A DNA stretch of 64,000 nt. Source: a virus (lineage: Duplodnaviria > Heunggongvirae > Uroviricota > Caudoviricetes). The notes beneath the pieces are model-generated. The model did no database searches, was not told where the DNA came from, and was given only the letters and a program-made list of their open reading frames with translations. Position numbers and translations under genes: made by a program. Shown here piece after piece: positions 41,808 through 48,309 of the stretch. How positions within the stretch are numbered: position 1 is the stretch's first letter; each line of letters begins with the position of its first letter. Location of the stretch: IMG/VR virus record IMGVR_UViG_3300050821_009413, positions 17,490-81,489 of that record; one strand, given 5' to 3'.

Positions 41808-41846
41808 CGCCTAATAATAAGTGGTCAGAGGGCTAGTGGGCGGTGC

Positions 41847-41897
41847 TCCGGGCCGGCGATTCGCCTTGGGGATCGTGCACTCTATAGCCGACCCGGA
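41847..41897 (-). ncRNA. TIGR-like dual-guide hairpin
   Basis: TCCGGGTCGG-CTA-TAGAGTGCA-CG-ATCC-CCA-AGGCGAAT-CG-CCGGCCCGGA (first box variant CTA). Confidence 0.65.
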
Positions 41898-41912
41898 ACG
41901 CCGCGGCTGGGG

Positions 41913-41966
41913 CTTCAGGACGGCGCTCTCGTTTTGGGGAACGGGCTCAAGATGGCCGCCCTGAAG
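41913..41966 (-). ncRNA. TIGR-like dual-guide hairpin
   Basis: CTTCAGGGCGG-CCA-TCTTGAGCC-CG-TTCC-CCA-AAACGAGAG-CG-CCGTCCTGAAG. Confidence 0.8.
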
Positions 41967-42001
41967 CGGTCGATGGGCTTCCTTTCGTTGCTGGGGTGGC
42001 C

Positions 42002-42046
42002 CGGGCGGCGGACACGTCTTGGTTTGCACGGAATCATGGCCGCCCG
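42002..42046 (-). ncRNA. TIGR-like dual-guide hairpin
   Basis: CGGGCGG-CCA-TGATTCCG-TG-CAAA-CCA-AGACGTGTC-CG-CCGCCCG. Confidence 0.8.
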
Positions 42047-42057
42047 AACCACCCAAG

Positions 42058-42063
42058 AGTATA
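42058..42063 (-). promoter_or_regulatory. Putative leftward -10 box (TATACT)
   Basis: 12 nt upstream of first leftward guide hairpin; -35 not clear. Confidence 0.45.
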
Positions 42064-42218
42064 GCAGCCAACTGGCACCTTGCGTCCAGCCTTAACGACC
42101 TGCTACACTTACACCATGTTCACTGCGCGCAACCACACACGACCGTCGTGGCCCTGGCCTTATACGGCCCAGGGTTAATAGCGCGCATCACCACCCGCTA
42201 GCAACCCCGGGCTACAAC

Positions 42219-42297
42219 CGGGGTGTGGGCCAACTTGGTAGGCCACCTGCTTTGGGTGCAGGCATCGCTGGGGGTTCGAATCCCTCCTCCCCGACCA
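42219..42297 (+). tRNA. tRNA-Pro(TGG)
   Basis: Cloverleaf; cctgc-TT TGG GT-gcagg; encoded CCA. Confidence 0.9.
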
Positions 42298-42298
42298 C

Positions 42299-42372
42299 AT
42301 ACCCGTGGTGTAGTGGTAGCACAAGGGCCTCCAAACCCCTTAGTGTGGGTTCGATTCCTACCGGGTGTGCCA
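42299..42372 (+). tRNA. tRNA-Trp(CCA)
   Basis: Loop CT CCA AA; TTCGATT; encoded CCA. Confidence 0.9.
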
Positions 42373-42393
42373 ACTTTGGGTGCGCGCTTTCAT

Positions 42394-42472
42394 GCGGGTC
42401 AGCGACGGGTGTCGCAAGCCGCCTGTAAAGCGGCTGCCGTTGGCATGGACAGTTCGAGTCTGTCGGCCCGCA
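42394..42472 (+). tRNA. tRNA-Tyr(GTA), reduced D loop
   Basis: gccgc-CT GTA AA-gcggc; long variable arm; 4-nt D loop. Confidence 0.8.
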
Positions 42473-42482
42473 CGATAGCTGG

Positions 42483-42512
42483 TTGCGTAGCCAATGGCCA
42501 CCATGGTATGAT
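42483..42512 (+). promoter_or_regulatory. SigA-type promoter
   Basis: TTGCGT-N18-TATGAT. Confidence 0.6.
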
Positions 42513-42558
42513 TTAAGTAACGGCAATTGCTATGACTTTTGACAACTGAAAACATTGT

Positions 42559-42630
42559 GCGACCGTGGCCGAGTGGCGAGGCAACAGCCTGCAAAGCTGT
42601 TCTACGCGAGTTCGATTCTCGCCGGGCGCT
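42559..42630 (+). tRNA. tRNA-Cys(GCA)
   Basis: acagc-CT GCA AA-gctgt. Confidence 0.9.
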
Positions 42631-42634
42631 CAAA

Positions 42635-42680
42635 CCGGCGGCCATTCCCAGTACGTTCCCCAGATGGCAACTGCCGCCGG
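42635..42680 (+). ncRNA. TIGR-like dual-guide hairpin (between tRNA-Cys and tRNA-His)
   Basis: CCGGCGG-CCA-TTCCCAGTA-CG-TTCC-CCA-GATGGCAAC-TG-CCGCCGG. Confidence 0.85.
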
Positions 42681-42687
42681 GTCAATC

Positions 42688-42758
42688 CCTGCGTTAGCCT
42701 AGTGGTAAGGCATCTGGTTGTGATCCAGAGAACCGGCGTTCGATTCGCCGACGTGGGA
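42688..42758 (+). tRNA. tRNA-His(GTG)
   Basis: tctgg-TT GTG AT-ccaga; lacks G-1/C73. Confidence 0.85.
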
Positions 42759-42840
42759 CAGTGGGCCAGGGTTCCCAGTGTTTGCCCTCATTGAGGCCGT
42801 GGCTCCGGAGCCAAGAAGCCCACGAACCGGAGCATTTAAA

Positions 42841-42911
42841 GCGGATGTGGTGTAGTGGTAACATCTCACTCTTCCAAAGTGATGTCGCCGGTTCGAACCC
42901 GGTCTTCCGCT
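42841..42911 (+). tRNA. tRNA-Gly(TCC)
   Basis: tcact-CT TCC AA-agtga. Confidence 0.9.
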
Positions 42912-43018
42912 CGCTAGCACCCCTCACCGCTGATGCTGGGGCATCACGCGCCGAAAGGCCTGGGGGGCGCTGACCCGAAACGGTGAGAAGGGTTGGCAAC
43001 AAAAATGCTGGCACCAAA

Positions 43019-43438
43019 GGGGCCGAAAGGTTTCGACAGGTGATTTGACAACTGAACAGCGGGCAAGTGTTGACCGCATTTCTACTTTGAGTGAACGCGG
43101 TAAAAAGATAAACGTCGACACTAACGACGCAACGGTCACCGAGGCCGACTTCGCCGAGATCGAGGCTTTCGCCAACGGTCTCGTCGCCGTCTGAATCGGC
43201 TGACCAGCCTGAAACAAGCTGACCGCTCGCAGCGTTTCGGGCTTAAAATCTAGAAGCGGTAGACCAGACGACAGCCACGTCTCTAAACCGGGTTGGCTCC
43301 CGCCGTAGGGAGTTATTAGGTGCGGCTTTGGTAGCAGGAGTTGTCTCGTACAACCTGCGCCGAGAAGTAAACGAGACTACGCCCGTAGAACCCTTTTAGA
43401 TAAAATCCTGGACCCGTGTTCGATTCACGGCGGCTCCA
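43019..43438 (+). ncRNA. ssrA: tmRNA
   Basis: GGGGCCG/CGGCTCC acceptor with G3.U70; GGTTTCGAC 5' motif; T arm at 3' end; tag ORF 43114..43194 (A)VDTNDATVTEADFAEIEAFANGLVAV*. Confidence 0.92.
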
Positions 43439-43442
43439 CAAA

Positions 43443-43488
43443 GGGAAGGCCAGGTAGAGCGTGACACCCAAAAACAGGATGCCTTCCC
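43443..43488 (+). ncRNA. TIGR-like dual-guide hairpin (between tmRNA and tRNA-Ala)
   Basis: GGGAAGG-CCA-GGTAGAGCG-TG-ACAC-CCA-AAAACAGGA-TG-CCTTCCC. Confidence 0.85.
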
Positions 43489-43492
43489 ACCT

Positions 43493-43565
43493 GGGGATAT
43501 AGCTCCAACGGTAGAGCAACTCCTTTGCAAGGAGACGGCTGGGGGTTCGAATCCCTCTATCTCCA
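43493..43565 (+). tRNA. tRNA-Ala(TGC)
   Basis: GGGGATA start; loop TT TGC AA. Confidence 0.9.
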
Positions 43566-43614
43566 CACCGTGCGGGCACGGTATTGGCAGGAATCGACCT
43601 GCCAGCCCGCACTT

Positions 43615-43687
43615 GCCTAGTTAGCTCAGATGGAAGAGCGTCCGGTTGAAGCCCGGAAGGCCCAAGGTTCGACTCCTTGACTTGGCA
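43615..43687 (+). tRNA. tRNA-Phe(GAA)
   Basis: tccgg-TT GAA GC-ccgga. Confidence 0.9.
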
Positions 43688-43852
43688 CAGGGCGGAGCGG
43701 CTTGCACCAGGTACCGGGTTGCAGGTTCCTTCGGTGAGAGCCGAGGGTCGGTCGTTGTTCGCGACAGCGACCGGGAACCGCCCGTTAAGTACAGGCTGGT
43801 GTTCGCACGCACCGCTCCGATGCACCCGCGCCGTCGGGGGCCTGTACTTGAT

Positions 43853-43923
43853 GCCCGATTAGCTCAATGGGAGAGCACCCCGTTCACACCGGGGATACTG
43901 GGGTTCGATTCCCTGATTGGGTA
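43853..43923 (+). tRNA. tRNA-Val(CAC)
   Basis: ccccg-TT CAC AC-cgggg. Confidence 0.88.
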
Positions 43924-43926
43924 CAA

Positions 43927-43972
43927 GGGACGGCCATACCCGATGTGTTACCCAAGTGCGTTCTGCTGTCCC
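43927..43972 (+). ncRNA. TIGR-like dual-guide hairpin (between two tRNA-Val)
   Basis: GGGACGG-CCA-TACCCGATG-TG-TTAC-CCA-AGTGCGTTC-TG-CTGTCCC. Confidence 0.85.
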
Positions 43973-43976
43973 GATT

Positions 43977-44048
43977 GTCCTGTTAGCTCAGTGGTAGAGC
44001 GCCGCGGTGACATCGCGGAGGCCCGGAGTTCAATCCTCTGACGGGACA
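43977..44048 (+). tRNA. tRNA-Val(GAC)
   Basis: ccgcg-GT GAC AT-cgcgg. Confidence 0.88.
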
Positions 44049-44049
44049 C

Positions 44050-44310
44050 ATGATGAAATGGTCTTGGCGTTGCGCCAGCTGCACGAATCGTGTGGTTATT
44101 GAGTCGGATTTTGCGGGCGCTGTTCCGCGGCGTGTGGTGTGCGCACAGTGCCGCGGGGCGGTCGTCGCGGAGTGGCCACATTCACGCGCGTTAGGGGAGC
44201 GGTGGATAGTGTTTCCGTGTCCGTGGCCGGCTGACCAGAAATGGCCTGGCCTAAAATTTTTTGCTACTCGCGAAGAAGCGCAGGATTGGGTACAATCGTT
44301 ACAACCATAA
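44050..44310 (+). CDS. Small Cys-rich hypothetical protein within tRNA array
   Basis: CxxC..CxxC pairs. Confidence 0.5.
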   Translation: MMKWSWRCASCTNRVVIESDFAGAVPRRVVCAQCRGAVVAEWPHSRALGERWIVFPCPWPADQKWPGLKFFATREEAQDWVQSLQP

Positions 44311-44363
44311 GGAGCTACGGAATGAAGCGAAAGCAGACAACGCGAACTACCGCGTACTTTCGC

Positions 44364-44435
44364 GCGCCCGTAGCTGAGTGGTTATAGCTCGAGACTCTTA
44401 ATCTTGAGACGTGGGTTCGATTCCCACCGGGCGTA
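44364..44435 (+). tRNA. tRNA-Lys(CTT)
   Basis: cgaga-CT CTT AA-tcttg. Confidence 0.9.
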
Positions 44436-44440
44436 CGTAC

Positions 44441-44485
44441 GGGACGGCCAATTCGTTGTGATTCCCAAAAGATGGCCGCCGTCCC
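44441..44485 (+). ncRNA. TIGR-like dual-guide hairpin (between tRNA-Lys and tRNA-Thr)
   Basis: GGGACGG-CCA-ATTCGTTG-TG-ATTC-CCA-AAAGATGGC-CG-CCGTCCC. Confidence 0.82.
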
Positions 44486-44491
44486 GTCGCT

Positions 44492-44566
44492 GCCACTGTA
44501 GCTGTTGTTGGCATCAGCACCGACCTCGTAAGTCGGAGAGCGCGAGTTCGATTCTCGCCCGTGGCT
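44492..44566 (+). tRNA. tRNA-Thr(CGT)
   Basis: ccgac-CT CGT AA-gtcgg. Confidence 0.85.
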
Positions 44567-44570
44567 CGAA

Positions 44571-44616
44571 GGGACGGCCAAACGCCAAGCGACACCCAGA
44601 GACCGGTTGCCGTCCC
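44571..44616 (+). ncRNA. TIGR-like dual-guide hairpin (between tRNA-Thr genes)
   Basis: GGGACGG-CCA-AACGCCAAG-CG-ACAC-CCA-GAGACCGGT-TG-CCGTCCC. Confidence 0.85.
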
Positions 44617-44620
44617 GCAC

Positions 44621-44691
44621 GCCGACATAGCATAGTGGTAGTGCGCTTCCATGGTAAGGAAGTGGCCCGGGTCCGATTCCCGGTTTCGGCT
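44621..44691 (+). tRNA. tRNA-Thr(GGT)
   Basis: cttcc-AT GGT AA-ggaag. Confidence 0.88.
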
Positions 44692-44696
44692 CGATC

Positions 44697-44742
44697 TCGA
44701 CGGCCATTGAAGATGCGGCACCCATACCTGAACTGCCGTCGA
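44697..44742 (+). ncRNA. TIGR-like dual-guide hairpin (between tRNA-Thr genes)
   Basis: TCGACGG-CCA-TTGAAGATG-CG-GCAC-CCA-TACCTGAAC-TG-CCGTCGA. Confidence 0.85.
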
Positions 44743-44747
44743 GACGC

Positions 44748-44820
44748 GCCGTTGTAGCTCAACTGGTAGAGCACTCGCCTTGTAAGCGAAAGGTTCGGGG
44801 TTCGAGACCTCGTAGCGGCT
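44748..44820 (+). tRNA. tRNA-Thr(TGT)
   Basis: tcgc-CT TGT AA-gcga. Confidence 0.9.
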
Positions 44821-46184
44821 CAGCTGTTGGTGACGGTGAGCCCGGCGATCGTGACTTGGGAGTTTCCGACGCCGGCCACGCCTACCTGCGTTCCGATGTC
44901 GGCGTATAGGCCGAATTGGAGGAACGGGGTTCCTCCGTCGCCGGAGTACACGGTGGGAACGCCGGTGTGGTTGACGTATTGGGTGCCGTCCAGCGACAGT
45001 TGGTAGAACCCGTCAGTGCCCAGCGACCAGCGGACTTTGATGGTGACGTGGTGCCACGTGTTGAACGTTAGCGGTGCCCAGGTGTAGAGGTAGTTCGCGC
45101 CTGCCGCGTGTTGGAACCCGAACCGGAACGAAGGAACCCCGGCACCGCCGGGTCCGCGTCCGGTGTTGTCCAGTTCGACGGTGTGCCCGCTGGAGACGCC
45201 TGGTGTGTGGAATTCCATCAACACCCCGCCGTTCCATGAGGTGACGACACCTTGGGTGGGGAGGTAAAGGTAGGCGTCCCACTGTTGGGTGGTGTTCATG
45301 GCGACGTCTTTGCCGGCGCCTGGGTTGACTTTGGCGAGGACAGCTTTCATCGTGTTGTCCCACAGGGTGACGTCGGTGGTGTCGGAGACAACGCACTGCC
45401 AGCCGGGGCCGAATGGTGTGGTGACGATCTGGAAGTCCGGTGTGAGTTGGACTGCGGGGTTGTAGAACGTTTTCCGCGCGAACAGCAGCAGCAGGTCGGA
45501 CAGCGCTGAGATGCTGCCAGCTGGTGGCGGCGGTGGTGGTGGTGTGACAACTGATTCGGTGGCCGACAGGACACCATGCCCGGCTGGCGCGCCGGACGCG
45601 ATTCCCGGTGGCGGCGGGGGTGGTGGTGTTACTGGGGCGATGTTGAGGCTGGCGATCATGTCAACGCTGGTGCCGCTGTTCTGCCGCGACGTGAACAGCA
45701 GGTTGCAGGCACTCAAAGCGAGTGTGCTGTATGACAGGCTGGACAGCTGCGTCCACGCGACACCGTCGGGGGAGGCGTCTAAGTATCCGACACCGGCGGA
45801 TTCGCGTAGCCGCAACCAAGCGTGGCTGGTCGGGTTGTACAGGACCCCGGGCGCGGATGCGTAGGCACCCGCAACGAACCGGTACAGGAAGATGACCGGT
45901 TTCGTTCCGCCTGAAATTTCCAGGCCGAACCGGTTGTTGCTGTCCGCGAGTTCGGTGCGCAGGTCGAACAGGAATGTCCGGTCGGAGGTGTCTCCGATGG
46001 TCACTTTCGCGAACACGGTGGACCCGACGAAGCTGTATTGCGCTTTGGTGTGCGCCTGCACGGTCCATGTCGCGGCTGCGGCCAGGTTCAGGGCACCACC
46101 AGACACTGATGCGCCCGTCCCGTATGACCAGACCGTAGTGTTGGGGGCTGAGAAGTTATCGGTTAACGACGAGATGAGCGCCAC
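44820..46184 (-). CDS. Two-domain lectin/ConA-like + polysaccharide-lyase-like protein with Pro-rich linker
   Basis: N-terminal YNPTSHAWLRLRES..G..Y.DAS.DG..W domain; PPPPPPP linker; C-terminus paralogous to 18735..19466. Confidence 0.65.
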   Translation of the reverse strand: MALISSLTDNFSAPNTTVWSYGTGASVSGGALNLAAAATWTVQAHTKAQYSFVGSTVFAKVTIGDTSDRTFLFDLRTELADSNNRFGLEISGGTKPVIFLYRFVAGAYASAPGVLYNPTSHAWLRLRESAGVGYLDASPDGVAWTQLSSLSYSTLALSACNLLFTSRQNSGTSVDMIASLNIAPVTPPPPPPPGIASGAPAGHGVLSATESVVTPPPPPPPAGSISALSDLLLLFARKTFYNPAVQLTPDFQIVTTPFGPGWQCVVSDTTDVTLWDNTMKAVLAKVNPGAGKDVAMNTTQQWDAYLYLPTQGVVTSWNGGVLMEFHTPGVSSGHTVELDNTGRGPGGAGVPSFRFGFQHAAGANYLYTWAPLTFNTWHHVTIKVRWSLGTDGFYQLSLDGTQYVNHTGVPTVYSGDGGTPFLQFGLYADIGTQVGVAGVGNSQVTIAGLTVTNS

Positions 46185-46214
46185 AGCGCAACTCCTTCAG
46201 GAGGCGAAACAGTC

Positions 46215-46397
46215 TTACAGTGCGGTGATGTTAGATCCGGAAACACTGATGGTGACCGCGTCGTCGCCTCCGGAAGCGATAACGTCCACATTTTTCAGCC
46301 AAGCACGCAAAGCGTTAAGTGAGCACGGAGTGGCGAGCGTCGCCGCGGGAGGCGGTCCGCTGGTTACCGGCGCAACAATATGTCTCGAAGAAGCCAT
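46215..46397 (-). CDS. Micro-protein, tandem paralog 4
   Basis: HIV..GPP..LATPCSLNALRAWL..GG..VTI; RBS aggaaaaggg. Confidence 0.75.
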   Translation of the reverse strand: MASSRHIVAPVTSGPPPAATLATPCSLNALRAWLKNVDVIASGGDDAVTISVSGSNITAL

Positions 46398-46408
46398 TTC
46401 CCTTTTCC

Positions 46409-46588
46409 TTACGCCGCCGTGATCTTAGATGAGGTGGTGGTGATGGTGACGTCTTCTTCGCCACCGACGCCGAGGACGTCCATCTGCTGCAACCAAACAC
46501 GCAAAGCGTTCAGCGTGCACGGGGTGGTTAGGGTTATCGGAGGCCCAACTTGCAGGCTTCCTTGAGAACCAACGATGTGCTTAGCCAT
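46409..46588 (-). CDS. Micro-protein, tandem paralog 3 (59 aa, missed by ORF track)
   Basis: MAKHIVGSQGSLQVGPPITLTTPCTLNALRVWLQQMDVLGVGGEEDVTITTTSSKITAA. Confidence 0.75.
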   Translation of the reverse strand: MAKHIVGSQGSLQVGPPITLTTPCTLNALRVWLQQMDVLGVGGEEDVTITTTSSKITAA

Positions 46589-46605
46589 AGTCGAAACCTT
46601 CCTGT

Positions 46606-46794
46606 TTAGGCGGCTGTCATGGTTGAGCTGGTGGTGGTGATGGTGACCGTCCCGGTGCCACCGGCACCGACGATCGTCACCAGGCCGTCCAGCCAGGCGT
46701 GGAGCTGCATCAAAGTGCAGGGCGTAGACAATGGTGCCGGCGGCCCGACCTGAGCGCCGCCCTGGCTACCAACAATGTGCAAAGATGAGGCCAT
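46606..46794 (-). CDS. Micro-protein, tandem paralog 2
   Basis: HIVGSQGGAQVGPP..TPCTL..L.AWL..VTITTTSS.MTAA; RBS aggag. Confidence 0.75.
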   Translation of the reverse strand: MASSLHIVGSQGGAQVGPPAPLSTPCTLMQLHAWLDGLVTIVGAGGTGTVTITTTSSTMTAA

Positions 46795-46806
46795 TCTGCT
46801 GCTCCT

Positions 46807-46995
46807 TTAGGCCGCGGTAACAGTGTTTGAGGTGGTGGTGATAGTGACAACGGTTTCGCCGACGCCGCCACCAAGAGCGTCGATGTTGTTCACCCAGTTC
46901 AGCAGCGCTTGCAGCGTGCACGGGGTGGCCAGGTTAGCCGGAGGCCCCACCTGCATCCCGCCCTGCGACCCGGTGATGTGGTCGGAAACGGCCAT
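46807..46995 (-). CDS. Micro-protein, tandem paralog 1
   Basis: HITGSQGGMQVGPP..TPCTLQALL.W..VTITTTS..VTAA; RBS gagagga. Confidence 0.75.
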   Translation of the reverse strand: MAVSDHITGSQGGMQVGPPANLATPCTLQALLNWVNNIDALGGGVGETVVTITTTSNTVTAA

Positions 46996-47088
46996 GGTTC
47001 ATTCCTCTCCAAGAATGGATCTACATCATGATGAACCGGAATTGCCGGTGTACAACGTCAGGCACACCGTGTTATCATCGATGTAATT

Positions 47089-47160
47089 GCACTAGTGGCC
47101 TAGTGGTATGGCGTCACCTTGCCAAGGTGAAGGACGCGGGTTCGAGTCCCGCCTGGTGCT
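47089..47160 (+). tRNA. tRNA-Gly(GCC)
   Basis: tcacc-TT GCC AA-ggtga. Confidence 0.9.
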
Positions 47161-47163
47161 CGA

Positions 47164-47215
47164 TCTTGATCTGCCATTCCACTGATGTCTCCCATCTGTA
47201 GCTTGCGGATCAAGA
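47164..47215 (+). ncRNA. TIGR-like dual-guide hairpin (between tRNA-Gly and tRNA-Asp)
   Basis: TCTTGATCTG-CCA-TTCCACTGA-TG-TCTC-CCA-TCTGTAGCT-TG-CGGATCAAGA. Confidence 0.85.
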
Positions 47216-47219
47216 CCAT

Positions 47220-47294
47220 GGTTCTGTAGATCAGCGTGGAGTGATCGCCGCCCTGTCACGGCGGAGGCCGCGGGTTCGAGTCCCGTCAGAGCCG
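47220..47294 (+). tRNA. tRNA-Asp(GTC)
   Basis: ccgcc-CT GTC AC-ggcgg. Confidence 0.9.
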
Positions 47295-47355
47295 CATGTA
47301 TATAGATGGTCTGCGAATTAAGCAGCGACGCCAACCGCGTCGCTGATTTCCGCAC

Positions 47356-47427
47356 GCCCGTCTAACTCATTGGCAGAGTGGCACCCTGATATGGTGCTGG
47401 TACGAGGTCCGATTCCTCGGATGGGCA
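47356..47427 (+). tRNA. tRNA-Ile(GAT)
   Basis: gcacc-CT GAT AT-ggtgc. Confidence 0.88.
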
Positions 47428-47428
47428 C

Positions 47429-47500
47429 GCCTTTGTAGCTCAGAGGAAGAGTGCTTGACTACGAATCAAGAGGCCGCAGGTTCGACTCCTGCCAGGGGCA
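47429..47500 (+). tRNA. tRNA-Arg(ACG)
   Basis: cttga-CT ACG AA-tcaag. Confidence 0.9.
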
Positions 47501-47501
47501 C

Positions 47502-47780
47502 GTGACCGTTAAGTTTGATGATGTGTCTAAGGCGTGGGCGTCAGCGAAGCTGACGAAACACCACGTCGCGCACACGGCTATCCGTAACGTCGACTTCGAC
47601 ATCATGGCTTCTGGGGGCTGTGTCGGGCACGGCGAGAATGAGTACTGCTACTGCGACACGTCGGCGGACGTTGACATCACGATCTACTACTTCAATAAAA
47701 CCAAAAAATGCAGCTACTACACAATTAACTGCGGCGAATACAGTCTAGGTTCCTTACTTAAGGAGCTGGTGGAGTGGTAA
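47502..47780 (+). CDS. Hypothetical protein within tRNA array
   Basis: GC..C.C motif; starts right after tRNA-Arg. Confidence 0.5.
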   Translation: MTVKFDDVSKAWASAKLTKHHVAHTAIRNVDFDIMASGGCVGHGENEYCYCDTSADVDITIYYFNKTKKCSYYTINCGEYSLGSLLKELVEW

Positions 47781-47794
47781 CAAACATACGCAAC

Positions 47795-47866
47795 GCCTCC
47801 GTGGCGCGGCGGTCTGCGTATCATGCTTATAACATGAAGGTTCGGGTTCAACTCCCGACGGAGGTA
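47795..47866 (+). tRNA. tRNA-Ile(TAT)
   Basis: tcatg-CT TAT AA-catga; acceptor gcctccg/cggaggt. Confidence 0.8.
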
Positions 47867-47923
47867 CAATAGGAACATGATCCAGCGACGGCGTAGAGAC
47901 AGGCGACAACAACATGTCGCCAT

Positions 47924-47998
47924 GCCGTCGTAGCTAAATCGGATGTAGCATCAGCTTTCTAATCTGCGTTTATGCGGGTTCGAGTCCCGTCGGCGGCA
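47924..47998 (+). tRNA. tRNA-Arg(TCT)
   Basis: Loop TT TCT AA; weak anticodon stem; good acceptor and T arms. Confidence 0.8.
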
Positions 47999-48004
47999 CC
48001 CAAA

Positions 48005-48078
48005 TGAGGTGTGGGGTAATTTGGCAGCCCGCTGGATTTTGGTTCCGGACGATGAAGGTTCGAGTCCTTCCGCCTCAG
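48005..48078 (+). tRNA. tRNA-Gln(TTG)
   Basis: ctgga-TT TTG GT-tccgg. Confidence 0.88.
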
Positions 48079-48082
48079 CTCA

Positions 48083-48152
48083 GCCTTCGCCAGCGGACCT
48101 GGCGTCGGGGTTCCGATCCCCGGCTGCGGCAGTTCAACTCTGCCCGGGGGCG
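48083..48152 (+). tRNA. tRNA-Arg(CCG), atypical short D arm
   Basis: cgggg-TT CCG AT-ccccg; D arm ccag-cggac-ctgg abuts the acceptor stem. Confidence 0.7.
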
Positions 48153-48156
48153 CGAG

Positions 48157-48231
48157 GCCGCCGTGGCTGAACGGATAAGCACTCCTCTCCTAAGGGAGCT
48201 TATGCAGGTTCGAGTCCTGCCGGTGGCACCA
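48157..48231 (+). tRNA. tRNA-Arg(CCT)
   Basis: ctcct-CT CCT AA-gggag; encoded CCA. Confidence 0.9.
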
Positions 48232-48309
48232 CCGCCCGCCCGTTTAATTAACACACCGCTGGCGTGTTTCGGGTAGGTTTTAGCCGGTGGCTGGGTTACA
48301 GTTCCGGTC

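Noticed and set aside
42062-42150. Additional guide-like units (tagcag/ctgcta hairpin; CCA-N9-CG at ~42114)
   Set aside because: CCA spacing fits but YG boxes or closing stem are missing, and they overlap the putative promoter; at most degenerate copies.
42761-42833. Half-unit CCA-AGAAGCCCA-CG in a gctccgg/ccggagc stem
   Set aside because: Only one spacer; a five-base match is expected by chance.
42921-42992. Hammerhead ribozyme
   Set aside because: CTGATGC instead of CTGATGA, and GAAA is followed by the stem I partner rather than stem III.
43453-43461. Spacer GGTAGAGCG identical to a tRNA D-loop sequence (tRNA-Val GAC)
   Set aside because: Same sense as the tRNA, and the partner spacer match is partial and non-adjacent; a 9-mer match is expected by chance.
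42200-48300. Numerous short ORF-track entries over the tRNA array and antisense to long genes
   Set aside because: Overlap tRNAs or well-supported genes, lack RBS and motifs; shadow ORFs of high-GC DNA.
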